64,000 nt of DNA from contig JAZSRU010000128.1 of the NCBI GenBank assembly GCA_045538635.1, positions 1,044-65,043 on the forward strand, given 5' to 3'. The stretch is from Victivallaceae bacterium (GTDB lineage Bacteria; Verrucomicrobiota; Lentisphaeria; Victivallales; Victivallaceae). Within the stretch, counting starts at the first letter, position 1. Every line of letters starts with the position of its first letter. Positions 27,467-36,294 of the stretch are shown in pieces. A program made the translations under genes and the position numbers. The notes beneath the pieces were generated by a model, which did no database searches, was not told where the DNA came from, and saw nothing but the letters and a program-made list of their open reading frames with translations.

Positions 27467-29002
27467 TCACTCATCACCTATACCGCTTTTGCGGTACTGT
27501 ATTGCCTCGAAAATATGATTTTCTCTGATATTTGCACTGCCGGCAAGATCGGCTATTGTGCGGCTGACTTTCAAAATTCTGTCATACGCACGGGGACTGA
27601 GTTTCATTTGTGAAATCGCCTGACGCAGCAGCAGCATACAATTTCTGTCAAGCTGACAATACTGCTGGAGCTGACGGGAAGTCATTTGAGCGTTGCAATG
27701 TACATTGCCGCTGCCGAAACGCGCACTCTGAATTGCCCGTGCTGCAATGACACGCTCACGGATTACAGCACTTTTCTCACCCTCCGGCGCGCGCATAAGT
27801 TCATCCTGAGACAACTGACGCAATTCAACATGCAAATCAATGCGGTCAAGCAATGGGCCGGAAACTTTTTTACGGTAACGGCGTTTTTCATCGACCTTGC
27901 ATTTGCATCCGAGTTCAGCATCACCATATCCGCACGGACACGGATTCATAGCGGCAATCAACATAAAATCAGCCGGAAAAACACAACTTCCGGATGCGCG
28001 GGACACGTGGATATTACCGCTTTCAAGCGGCTGCCGCAGAACTTCCAGCACATTGCGTTTGAATTCAGGCAGTTCATCTAGAAAAAGCACTCCGTTATGA
28101 GCCAGACTTATTTCCCCCGGACGCGGATCTTTGCCGCCGCCGATCAAAGCTACATCGCTGATAGTATGATGAGGCGCGCGGAACGGACGGCGGGTCATAA
28201 TATTCTGCCCATTGAGCAATCCCATTGCGCTGTAAATACGGCTGCATTCAAGCGCCTCAGCATAAGTCATCGGCGGCAGAATTGAGTTTATGCGTGCCGC
28301 AGTCATACTTTTGCCGGTTCCCGGCGGACCGATCATCAGCGAATTATGTCCGCCTGCCGCGGCGATTTCCATAGCGCGTTTGGCGAGTATCTGCCCTTTT
28401 ATATCGGCGAAATCAAGTTCTTCATTTTCTGCAAACGATTCATTGGAATGATGATAGAAATAAGGTTCACCGCCGCCATGATTGCAGAATGCAACCGCTT
28501 CCAGCAGATGATTCATAGGAAAAACGGTCAAATTCCCTGCCCTTGCGCCTGCTGCCGCCTCATTCTTATTGGCGTCAGGCACAATCAGATTATCAATATT
28601 TTCATCAACAGCAAGTGCCGCGGCAACCGGCAATGCCCCTTTGACCGGACGGATTGAACCGTCAAGCGCAAGTTCACCGAGAATCGCTGTCCGGCGCAAA
28701 CGCTCCAGTTTGATCTGTCCCGAAGCTCCAAGCAATGCACAGGCTATTGCCAAATCAAATGATGCCCCCTCTTTTTTGATATCCGCCGGAGCGAGATTGA
28801 CAACCGCATTCCCCTCAATACGCATCAGATTTGAACTCAAAATGGCAGACCGGATACGATCCTTTGATTCTTTGACCGCCATATCGGGCAAGCCGACAAT
28901 GCTGGTATTTTCGTAATCTCCGCCCTTTTGAACGTTGACTTCAACATCTATTTTAAATGCATCAACGCCGATAACTGCGGCAGAAAAAGTTTTGGAAAGC
29001 AT
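27467..29002 (-). CDS. YifB/ComM family Mg-chelatase-like AAA+ ATPase
   Basis: Lon-protease-like N-domain, Walker A GPPGTGKS, Walker B VLFLDELPEF, and a C-terminal ChlI-like domain. Confidence 0.9.
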   Translation of the reverse strand: MLSKTFSAAVIGVDAFKIDVEVNVQKGGDYENTSIVGLPDMAVKESKDRIRSAILSSNLMRIEGNAVVNLAPADIKKEGASFDLAIACALLGASGQIKLERLRRTAILGELALDGSIRPVKGALPVAAALAVDENIDNLIVPDANKNEAAAGARAGNLTVFPMNHLLEAVAFCNHGGGEPYFYHHSNESFAENEELDFADIKGQILAKRAMEIAAAGGHNSLMIGPPGTGKSMTAARINSILPPMTYAEALECSRIYSAMGLLNGQNIMTRRPFRAPHHTISDVALIGGGKDPRPGEISLAHNGVLFLDELPEFKRNVLEVLRQPLESGNIHVSRASGSCVFPADFMLIAAMNPCPCGYGDAELGCKCKVDEKRRYRKKVSGPLLDRIDLHVELRQLSQDELMRAPEGEKSAVIRERVIAARAIQSARFGSGNVHCNAQMTSRQLQQYCQLDRNCMLLLRQAISQMKLSPRAYDRILKVSRTIADLAGSANIRENHIFEAIQYRKSGIGDE

Positions 29003-29589
29003 TAAAAATCCTCCTCTTCATCGTTCAATAGACGCGCTATCAGGAACATTGTAGGTCCGTATTTGCGGATCGCAAATTCATCAAAATATTCCTTTTTCAT
29101 AAACCGCCCCGTACTGCCGGGCAAATCCGGTATCTCCCAGATAATGATGGAGTGAGCGGCATTTTCAAGGAAAATATCATCATCAAGCAATGCTTCAAAA
29201 TATTCAGCCGAATTTTCATACGGCGGATCAGCAAAAATCACATCAACATCCGATATCTGCGAAAAAATCTTCTCCGTATCCAGAATACTCGCCTGAATAA
29301 CTTTCATATCCGCATCAACAGAACAGCGGCGTATTTTGTTGATATTCCGTTCAATGATACCGACATGACGCGGATTATTCTCCACCATGAGAATCTCCGC
29401 TGCTCCGCGGCTGGCACTTTCAAGTCCCAATGCACCGCTCCCTGCGCACAAATCAAGAATAACTCCGCCGCTCCAATCCCCCATGCTGTCAAAAAGTGCC
29501 TTGCGTGCGCGCGCCAATGTCGGCCGCACATCCAGAGTCGGCGCAGTTTCAAGTTCAATACCACGCGCTTTTCCTGCAATTATCTGCAT
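29002..29589 (-). CDS. rsmD: 16S rRNA (guanine966-N2)-methyltransferase RsmD
   Basis: Motifs IIAGKARG, LDLCAGSGALGLE and ADPPY. The start was chosen at MQIIAGK. Confidence 0.85.
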   Translation of the reverse strand: MQIIAGKARGIELETAPTLDVRPTLARARKALFDSMGDWSGGVILDLCAGSGALGLESASRGAAEILMVENNPRHVGIIERNINKIRRCSVDADMKVIQASILDTEKIFSQISDVDVIFADPPYENSAEYFEALLDDDIFLENAAHSIIIWEIPDLPGSTGRFMKKEYFDEFAIRKYGPTMFLIARLLNDEEEDF

Positions 29590-29733
29590 AAAAATCATCC
29601 TTTTCATTTAATATTTTTGACAATATAGCACACCATGATGCAAGTTGCAATTTTTTATCATTTTATTTTTAATATAATATTGCAAAAAAGAAAAGCTGTG
29701 ATATACTACAATAAAACTTAAAAGGAGAACTTT

Positions 29734-31008
29734 ATGAGCGCAATCAAAATCGAAGGCAAATCCCCGGTTTCCGGAACAATAAAATTGAGCGGCAACAAAA
29801 ATGCCATCCTCCCCATGATCGCCGCAGCCATGCTGTGCGAAAATGAAATAATTTTGAAAAATGTTCCCGATATCCTTGATGTGCGCTCCATGCTGGAAAT
29901 TTTTGCCGCGCTCGGCGGTGAATTTGAATTCTCCGGCAACACGCTTCAGCTCAATGCCTCAAAAGCCGATATGCATGTCATTCCACGCGAACTCTGCTCT
30001 AAAAACCGCACTTCGATCCTCTATGCTGCTCCGCTGCTCGCCCGATTCGGCAAAGCAACCGTTTATCCGCCCGGCGGCGATGTCATCGGCAGACGCCGTC
30101 TGGATGGACATATTTACGGATTGAAAACTCTCGGCAGCAAACTCATTGTCGATGAAGCATACATTTTTGAAGCTCCAAACGGTCTGCACGGGCGCGAACT
30201 CTTTCTTGACGAAGCCAGCGTTACCGCAACCGAACAAATCCTGATGGCGGCAGTCTGCGCCGAAGGCAGAACTATTCTCTACAATGCCGCCTGTGAACCG
30301 CATGTTGCTGATCTTGCAGACTTTCTCAATGCCATGGGCGGAAAAATTTCCGGACATGGCGGCAACGTCATAACCATTGACGGGGTATCTGCCCTTCACG
30401 GCTGTGAATACACAGTTTCAGGAGATCATATTGAATGCGGCAGTTTCCTTGCCCTCGCCGCCGCCAACGGTGGAGATATCAGAATCGAAGGCATCTCTCC
30501 CCGCCATTATTGGATGACACGCCGTGTTTTTGAACGGCTCGGATTCAAAATGACTCTGACTCACGACACATTGATTTTTCCCGGTGGTCAGACTCCGGTA
30601 ATCAAAAAAGATTTTGACGGTCAAATCCCATGCATTTCCGATGGGACATGGCCGCAATATCCGTCCGACATGATGAGCTGCACAATCGTCGCAGCGACCC
30701 AATGTCAGGGGACTGTTCTTTTCTTTGAAAAAATGTTTGAATCAAGAATATATTTTGTTGACCGTCTGATAGCCATGGGAGCCAATGCCATTGTCTGCGA
30801 TCCGCATCGCGTGGTCATTTCCGGCGTTTCAGAACTTCATGGCATGACTCTGCCAAGTCCTGATATCCGCGCAGGTATGGCAATGATTATTGCCGCCAGC
30901 TGTGCCAGAGGCGAAAGCACTATCAACAATATCGAAGTTATTTACCGGGGTTATGAAAATCTGCTTGACAAACTGACATCAATCGGTGTCAAATGCCGTC
31001 AGGCATAA
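29734..31008 (+). CDS. murA: UDP-N-acetylglucosamine 1-carboxyvinyltransferase, Asp-type active site
   Basis: SGNKNAILP (Lys22 region). The PGGDVIGRRRLD loop has Asp116 (GAT, 30079-30081) where E. coli has Cys115. 424 aa. Confidence 0.85.
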   Translation: MSAIKIEGKSPVSGTIKLSGNKNAILPMIAAAMLCENEIILKNVPDILDVRSMLEIFAALGGEFEFSGNTLQLNASKADMHVIPRELCSKNRTSILYAAPLLARFGKATVYPPGGDVIGRRRLDGHIYGLKTLGSKLIVDEAYIFEAPNGLHGRELFLDEASVTATEQILMAAVCAEGRTILYNAACEPHVADLADFLNAMGGKISGHGGNVITIDGVSALHGCEYTVSGDHIECGSFLALAAANGGDIRIEGISPRHYWMTRRVFERLGFKMTLTHDTLIFPGGQTPVIKKDFDGQIPCISDGTWPQYPSDMMSCTIVAATQCQGTVLFFEKMFESRIYFVDRLIAMGANAIVCDPHRVVISGVSELHGMTLPSPDIRAGMAMIIAASCARGESTINNIEVIYRGYENLLDKLTSIGVKCRQA

Positions 31009-31087
31009 ATACTTCCAACAGCGGTACAACGCACTCAAGCCTCCATTTTGCCCCCAAACAACATAATCTCTTGATTATAAACACAAT

Positions 31088-31127
31088 AAAAAAAATACGG
31101 ACACTGTTTACAGCATCCGTATTTTTT
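31088..31127. terminator. bidirectional rho-independent terminator
   Basis: A-run, then ATACGGA (31095-31101), a 14 nt loop, TCCGTAT (31116-31122) and T6. It lies between convergent murA and the bS22-like gene. Confidence 0.65.
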
Positions 31128-31149
31128 ACATTCAAGTGTGCCGCAAGGC

Positions 31150-31239
31150 TTACTTGTTCTTGTGGCGCATTGCTTTCAATTGCTTTTTGCGTTTATGCTT
31201 TGCAATCTTTTTGCGTCTTTTCTTTTTAAGGTTACCCAT
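31150..31239 (-). CDS. bS22-like (AURKAIP1/COX24-type) small basic ribosomal protein, 29 aa
   Basis: Hand translation gives MGNLKKKRRKKIAKHKRKKQLKAMRHKNK*. It closely resembles the mycobacterial/Bacteroidota bS22 pattern MGS.KKRRK.M.KHKHRKLL. It is below the ORF-track cutoff. Confidence 0.55.
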   Translation of the reverse strand: MGNLKKKRRKKIAKHKRKKQLKAMRHKNK

Positions 31240-31360
31240 GATTAAATCCCTTCTTTAAAATATATTTTACCCAATATATTTCATGTCAATCCTATAAGAT
31301 AGCACATTTTTTGAAAATTTCTCTATCAAAAAGGATTTTTTTTGATATTTTCTTTGATTT

Positions 31361-33121
31361 TTACTCAATAATGACAGATTTATAGTCTTTTCCTGCCGGA
31401 ATAAATGGCAGAACGTGTTCTGCATAACCGGTATGAACATCCAACAGAAACGGTCCGGGAGTATTGAGCATTTCCATGATCGCGTCATCAAGTTCCTCCG
31501 GAGTGAAAACTTCGCGGGCAGGAATTTCATAACCTTTGGCAATCATAACAAAATTCGGATACGGGGCCTCGCCGATACACTGTGTGCCGCGATTGCAAGT
31601 TCCACAATCATGCCCCTCTGTACCGCATGAGCCGTAACATCTTCCGAGAACGGTATTTCCGCGGTTGGAGTTGTACAGACGATCCTCCCATTGAGCAACC
31701 ATACCGAGATGCTGATTGTTAAGAATGACCATTTTGACATCCAGACGCTCGACTTTCAAAGTTCCCATTTCCTGAATGTTCATCTGAAAACTGCCGTCGC
31801 CGTCAATATTGATAACCAGCTGATCAGGACGGGCAGCTTTGGCCCCCATTGCAGCGGGCAGGCCGAAACCCATTGCCCCGAGTCCGCCGGAAGTCAACAG
31901 CTGGCGGGGACGCTTGTACTGATAATACTGTGCCGCCCACATCTGATGCTGTCCGACACCGGGAACAATAACTGCTTCACCGTTGGTGAGTGCGGAAAGA
32001 CGCTGAACGACAAACTGCGGCTGAAGAGTTCCCTCTTTGCGTTTATAAGCGAGCGGAAATTTATTTTTCCATTCAGCGATCTGCTCAAACCATGCTTTAT
32101 ATTCCCCGTAAAACGGTTCGGCATTAAGTTTGATGAGTGTCTGTTTGACATCTGCGATAATTCCGAGATCGGCAGTCTTGTTTTTGTTGATTTCTGTATC
32201 ATCGATATCAATATGGATGATTTTGGCAGAACGGGCAAAATTCTGCGGGGTTCCGGTTACGCGGTCATCAAAACGCGCGCCGAGAGCAATCAGAAGATCG
32301 CACTCATTGGCGGCATAGTTTGCATAAACAGTACCATGCATACCGAGCCAGCGCAGACTCAAATCATCATCTTCCGGAAAAACACCGATACCCATCAGAG
32401 TTGTGGTAACTGGGATATTATAAGATTTCGCAAATTTGAAAAGTTCCTCTGCCGCGTCAGCTGAAACGATACCGCCGCCAGCATAAATGCAGGGCCGTTT
32501 GGAATCTTTTATCATAGCTTTGATTGCAGCAATATCATCATCAGACGGGGCTTCAGGAACTGAATATGCAATCAGATCCATCTCTGCATCAAAATCAAAT
32601 TCACATTCAGTCATCTGGATATTTTTGGGAATATCAATAACAACCGGACCGGGTCTGCCGCTTTTTGCCAGATAGAAAGCCTCTTTGAAAATACGCGGCA
32701 AATCTTTCGGATCAAGCACCAGATAACTGTGTTTGACCACCGGTCTGGTCATACCGATAATATCAGTTTCCTGGAAAACATTTTTTCCGATCATATCACT
32801 TGACACCTGACTGGTGATGAATACTGTCGGAATCGAATCCATATAAGCGTCGGCAATACCGCTGACCAAATTTGTTGCTCCGGGACCGCTGGTTGCCATA
32901 GCGACACCGACTTTGCCGGTGGCGCGGGCGTAACCGCACGCAGCGAAGGCCCCGCCCTGTTCATGACGGGGCAGAATAACTCGGACAGAGGACTTGCTGA
33001 GAGCTTGGTGCATCGCGATGGCGGGACCGCCGGGGTAGGCAAAAACGATATCGACGCCGAGTTTTTCAAGACAGCGGACCGCGATTTCGTTTCCCTTCAT
33101 TTTTTTCAGACTCTTTTTCAT
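31361..33121 (-). CDS. ilvB: acetolactate synthase (AHAS) large subunit, biosynthetic type
   Basis: ThDP enzyme motifs: FAYPGG, HEQGG, GPGATN, GLGAMGFGLPAA and the ThDP-binding GDGSFQMN...NN. The start was chosen at MKKSL, preceded by GAGG; the track ORF starts at 33133. Confidence 0.9.
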   Translation of the reverse strand: MKKSLKKMKGNEIAVRCLEKLGVDIVFAYPGGPAIAMHQALSKSSVRVILPRHEQGGAFAACGYARATGKVGVAMATSGPGATNLVSGIADAYMDSIPTVFITSQVSSDMIGKNVFQETDIIGMTRPVVKHSYLVLDPKDLPRIFKEAFYLAKSGRPGPVVIDIPKNIQMTECEFDFDAEMDLIAYSVPEAPSDDDIAAIKAMIKDSKRPCIYAGGGIVSADAAEELFKFAKSYNIPVTTTLMGIGVFPEDDDLSLRWLGMHGTVYANYAANECDLLIALGARFDDRVTGTPQNFARSAKIIHIDIDDTEINKNKTADLGIIADVKQTLIKLNAEPFYGEYKAWFEQIAEWKNKFPLAYKRKEGTLQPQFVVQRLSALTNGEAVIVPGVGQHQMWAAQYYQYKRPRQLLTSGGLGAMGFGLPAAMGAKAARPDQLVINIDGDGSFQMNIQEMGTLKVERLDVKMVILNNQHLGMVAQWEDRLYNSNRGNTVLGRCYGSCGTEGHDCGTCNRGTQCIGEAPYPNFVMIAKGYEIPAREVFTPEELDDAIMEMLNTPGPFLLDVHTGYAEHVLPFIPAGKDYKSVIIE

Positions 33122-33397
33122 CAAATACCTCATATTTTCGGGGTGATTAGTACCATATTCAGGTGTAATATAGTATAATTATCCTTTTTTTCAAGTGTTT
33201 TAACAATAAATAGCTTGTATTTTTGCAACTTCGATGTATATTCATCAGCATGAAACACATATGGACAATCATCAACATTACAGGCCCGATCCGCTGATCT
33301 TTGGGGAGTGCGGAGTCGGGGACACACTTTTTTATCTCCAAAAATACACCTTTTTTCCTATAAACCTGTTTAATTAAAATGAAAGTTGATGATAATT

Positions 33398-34948
33398 ATG
33401 AATAACAAAAAATATGTAGAAATTCTCGATACCACCCTGCGCGACGGTGAACAGACCCCCGGCGTTGCTTTTGCCCCCGCCGAAAAACTTGCCATCGCCA
33501 AAATGCTTTATTCCAATTTGAAAGTTGACCGTCTGGAAATCGGTTCCGCCCGCGTTTCCGACGGTGAAAGCGACAGCGTGCGTCATATCATTGAATGGGC
33601 AGGCAGGATCGGCGCACTTGAAAAAATGGAGATCCTCGGCTTCGTTGACGGCGGCAAATCAATCGACTGGATCGTAAATGTCGGCGGCAAAGTCATAAAC
33701 CTCCTCGCAAAAGGCTCTCTGCGCCATTGCGAAATCCAACTCAAAAAAACTCCGGAACAACACTTTGCCGAAGTCAGCGAAAATATCAAACTCGCCGTCA
33801 GCAAAGGATTGAAAGTCAATGTCTATCTCGAAGACTGGACCGGCGGCATGAAATACTCCAGAAATTATGTGGAAAATTTTATGGAAATGCTGAAAAATCT
33901 GCCGGTTGAACGCGTCATGCTGCCCGACACTCTCGGCATCGCCCGCCCCGATGAATTGGTTGAATACTTTTCATGGATCAAAAGCCGTTATCCGGAAATT
34001 AAAATGGATTTTCACGGACATAATGACTACGGGCTGGTTACAGCCAATTCACTCGTTGCCATTCAAAATGACATTGAAGGCATTCACACCACAGTCAACG
34101 GACTCGGCGAACGCACCGGCAACCAGTCACTTGCTCAGCTCGCTGTTGTCATCAAAGATATGACCGATTGTATAACTTCTATCAACGAAGATGAACTTTT
34201 CCACGCCTCGACCATGATTCAGAATATCTCCGGCAAACGCTGCGCATGGAATAATCCGGTTGTCGGCGCAGATGTTTTCACCCAGACTTGCGGAGTTCAT
34301 GCCGACGGCGACAAAAAAGGTGATCTCTACGCCAACAAACTGCTCCCGGAACGCTTCGGACGCAAACGCAATTATGCTCTCGGCAAATTGAGCGGCAAAG
34401 CTTCTCTCGATAAAAATCTTGAGGAAATGTCCCTCGATCTCGCCCCCGAAATCAAAGAAAAAGTTTTGCAGGAAATTATCCGTCTCGGCGATAAAAAGAA
34501 AACCGTCAGCGCATCAGACCTGCCGTTCCTGATTGCCGCCGCCCTCAAAACTCCGCTGGAAAGCCGCATCAAAGTCGTTGATTATCATATTATTTCAAAT
34601 GCCAACAATGTTCCTGTTGCCACCGTCAAAATCAATTATGACGGAACCATAGTCGATCATTGTTCCGAAGGCGACGGCGGTTATGATGCTTTTGTCAAGG
34701 CATTGCGCAGATGTTTGAAAGAATTGAATCTCGATATGCCGAAACTGCTGGATTATGAAGTCCGCATCCCCCCCGGCGGCAAAACTGATGCTTTGGTGGA
34801 AACCACTATCACCTGGGATTATCCCGTCAGCGGCACTATCAGCAACCTGACAACAACAGGAGTTGACAGCGACCAGATGGTGGCGGCAATCCTCGCAACA
34901 GAAAAAATGCTGAATCTGGTCATGAAAAAAGGCGACAGAAAAAATTGA
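33398..34948 (+). CDS. citramalate synthase / 2-isopropylmalate synthase family enzyme (CimA-like length, with LeuA-type C-terminal domain)
   Basis: Motifs LDTTLRDGEQTPGVAF, HGHNDYGL and TVNGLGERTGN. About 516 aa. Alternative starts are at 33386 and 33389. Confidence 0.75.
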   Translation: MNNKKYVEILDTTLRDGEQTPGVAFAPAEKLAIAKMLYSNLKVDRLEIGSARVSDGESDSVRHIIEWAGRIGALEKMEILGFVDGGKSIDWIVNVGGKVINLLAKGSLRHCEIQLKKTPEQHFAEVSENIKLAVSKGLKVNVYLEDWTGGMKYSRNYVENFMEMLKNLPVERVMLPDTLGIARPDELVEYFSWIKSRYPEIKMDFHGHNDYGLVTANSLVAIQNDIEGIHTTVNGLGERTGNQSLAQLAVVIKDMTDCITSINEDELFHASTMIQNISGKRCAWNNPVVGADVFTQTCGVHADGDKKGDLYANKLLPERFGRKRNYALGKLSGKASLDKNLEEMSLDLAPEIKEKVLQEIIRLGDKKKTVSASDLPFLIAAALKTPLESRIKVVDYHIISNANNVPVATVKINYDGTIVDHCSEGDGGYDAFVKALRRCLKELNLDMPKLLDYEVRIPPGGKTDALVETTITWDYPVSGTISNLTTTGVDSDQMVAAILATEKMLNLVMKKGDRKN

Positions 34949-35002
34949 ACAATACAGTGAAATATCAAACTGTTTTCAAATAAAATAACGGAAGAGGCAG
35001 TT

Positions 35003-35578
35003 ATGAGCAGACGGACAAAAAAAGTAAAACAGCATATTGCAATTTCAGCACTGATAACATTCCTTATCCTCTGCTGTCTCATGCTGGCCCTGTCCGATAA
35101 ACGCGAAAGCCGCCTGAAAATGGTTACAAACACACTGCAAAGTGAACCCCTGAAAGATTTTGTTGTCTATCCGGTAACTTCAACTGTCGTATTGGAAAAA
35201 GAGGAAAAAAGTTCTGTTTTCGGCAGCACCAATGGACTCCTCATCGCTGAAGTAACAGTTTTTTACGGTTTCAATCTGCGCAATCTGTCAAATAATGATC
35301 TGAAAAAAGAAAAAAACAAAACCATTGTCAAACTCGGTGAACCGCAAATCATCAAGTTATCTGTCAATGCTGATTCTATGCGCTTTTTCAACTCGTCGAT
35401 GCATTACTTCAAAGACAAAAACATCGACAATATGCATGCGCGCGAAATGCTGAATGACATCACTGCTTTTTCTCCGCAGTATTTTGCCGCCAGAAATCTG
35501 CTCCCTGCAAGAAAACAGATGCTTGAAAAACTCAGCCGGCAGTTAAAACTTGTCAACAGTACGATTGAAGTTTACTGA
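35003..35578 (+). CDS. membrane-anchored hypothetical protein (possibly DUF4230-like)
   Basis: One N-terminal TM (ISALITFLILCCLMLAL) and a beta-rich body containing VFYGFNLRNL. No confident family call. Confidence 0.35.
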   Translation: MSRRTKKVKQHIAISALITFLILCCLMLALSDKRESRLKMVTNTLQSEPLKDFVVYPVTSTVVLEKEEKSSVFGSTNGLLIAEVTVFYGFNLRNLSNNDLKKEKNKTIVKLGEPQIIKLSVNADSMRFFNSSMHYFKDKNIDNMHAREMLNDITAFSPQYFAARNLLPARKQMLEKLSRQLKLVNSTIEVY

Positions 35579-35665
35579 AATAAAAGAAAATAAATATTAA
35601 GACTTGAAAAATACAAATTCAATGATAAATTTTATCTGTCAATCAAAACTGAAAGGATTTCAATT

Positions 35666-36220
35666 ATGTCTAAACGCTTTACCCTGATCGAACTGCTTAT
35701 CGTTATCGCTATCATCGCCATCCTCGCCGCAATCGCATTCCCCGCAATCGGAGGTGCACGCGAAAGCGCACGCCGCGCCAGCTGCATGAGCAATTTGCGC
35801 CAGATCGGTCAGGCTATCAAAATCTATACCGGAGAAATGGACTGGGAGGGAATTTTCCCCGCAGACAATGCAGACCGCTACAAAAGCACTCCTGTCGGCG
35901 CATTCAATATTATGCGCAAAGAGGATTTGATCAAAGAATCCGAAATCTTTCTCTGCCCCTCTGCCAAAGATAAAGTAAAAGCCGCCAAAGGTGCTGCTCT
36001 CACCGCTCAAAATGTTTCATATTCATACGCCCCCGGTCTGGATGAAACCGACAGCGCAGATTATGCAACTGCCGCAGATATCAACACCAATCATGAAGAC
36101 GGCGCCAATGTTCTTTTCCATGACGGCAGAGTTGAATACATCGTTTCGACTTCCGAACACCACTGGAGCGACAGCGAACACATTTACAACCCGGCAAAAC
36201 ACGCGCTGGTAAATCCCTGA
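35666..36220 (+). CDS. prepilin-type N-terminal cleavage/methylation domain protein (DUF1559 / H-X9-DG class pseudopilin-like)
   Basis: N-terminus [28 protein letters not shown]-terminal [12 protein letters not shown] fits H-X9-DG exactly. Confidence 0.85.
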   Translation: MSKRFTLIELLIVIAIIAILAAIAFPAIGGARESARRASCMSNLRQIGQAIKIYTGEMDWEGIFPADNADRYKSTPVGAFNIMRKEDLIKESEIFLCPSAKDKVKAAKGAALTAQNVSYSYAPGLDETDSADYATAADINTNHEDGANVLFHDGRVEYIVSTSEHHWSDSEHIYNPAKHALVNP

Positions 36221-36229
36221 TCTTACCTC

Positions 36230-36257
36230 AAAAAGACGGATTCTTCCGTCTTTTTTT
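36230..36257 (+). terminator. rho-independent terminator
   Basis: AGACGGA (36234-36240), loop TTCT, TCCGTCT (36245-36251), then T7. Confidence 0.7.
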
Positions 36258-36294
36258 GTATAAATACAATCAATTTCATGTAAGGAAAACATAA

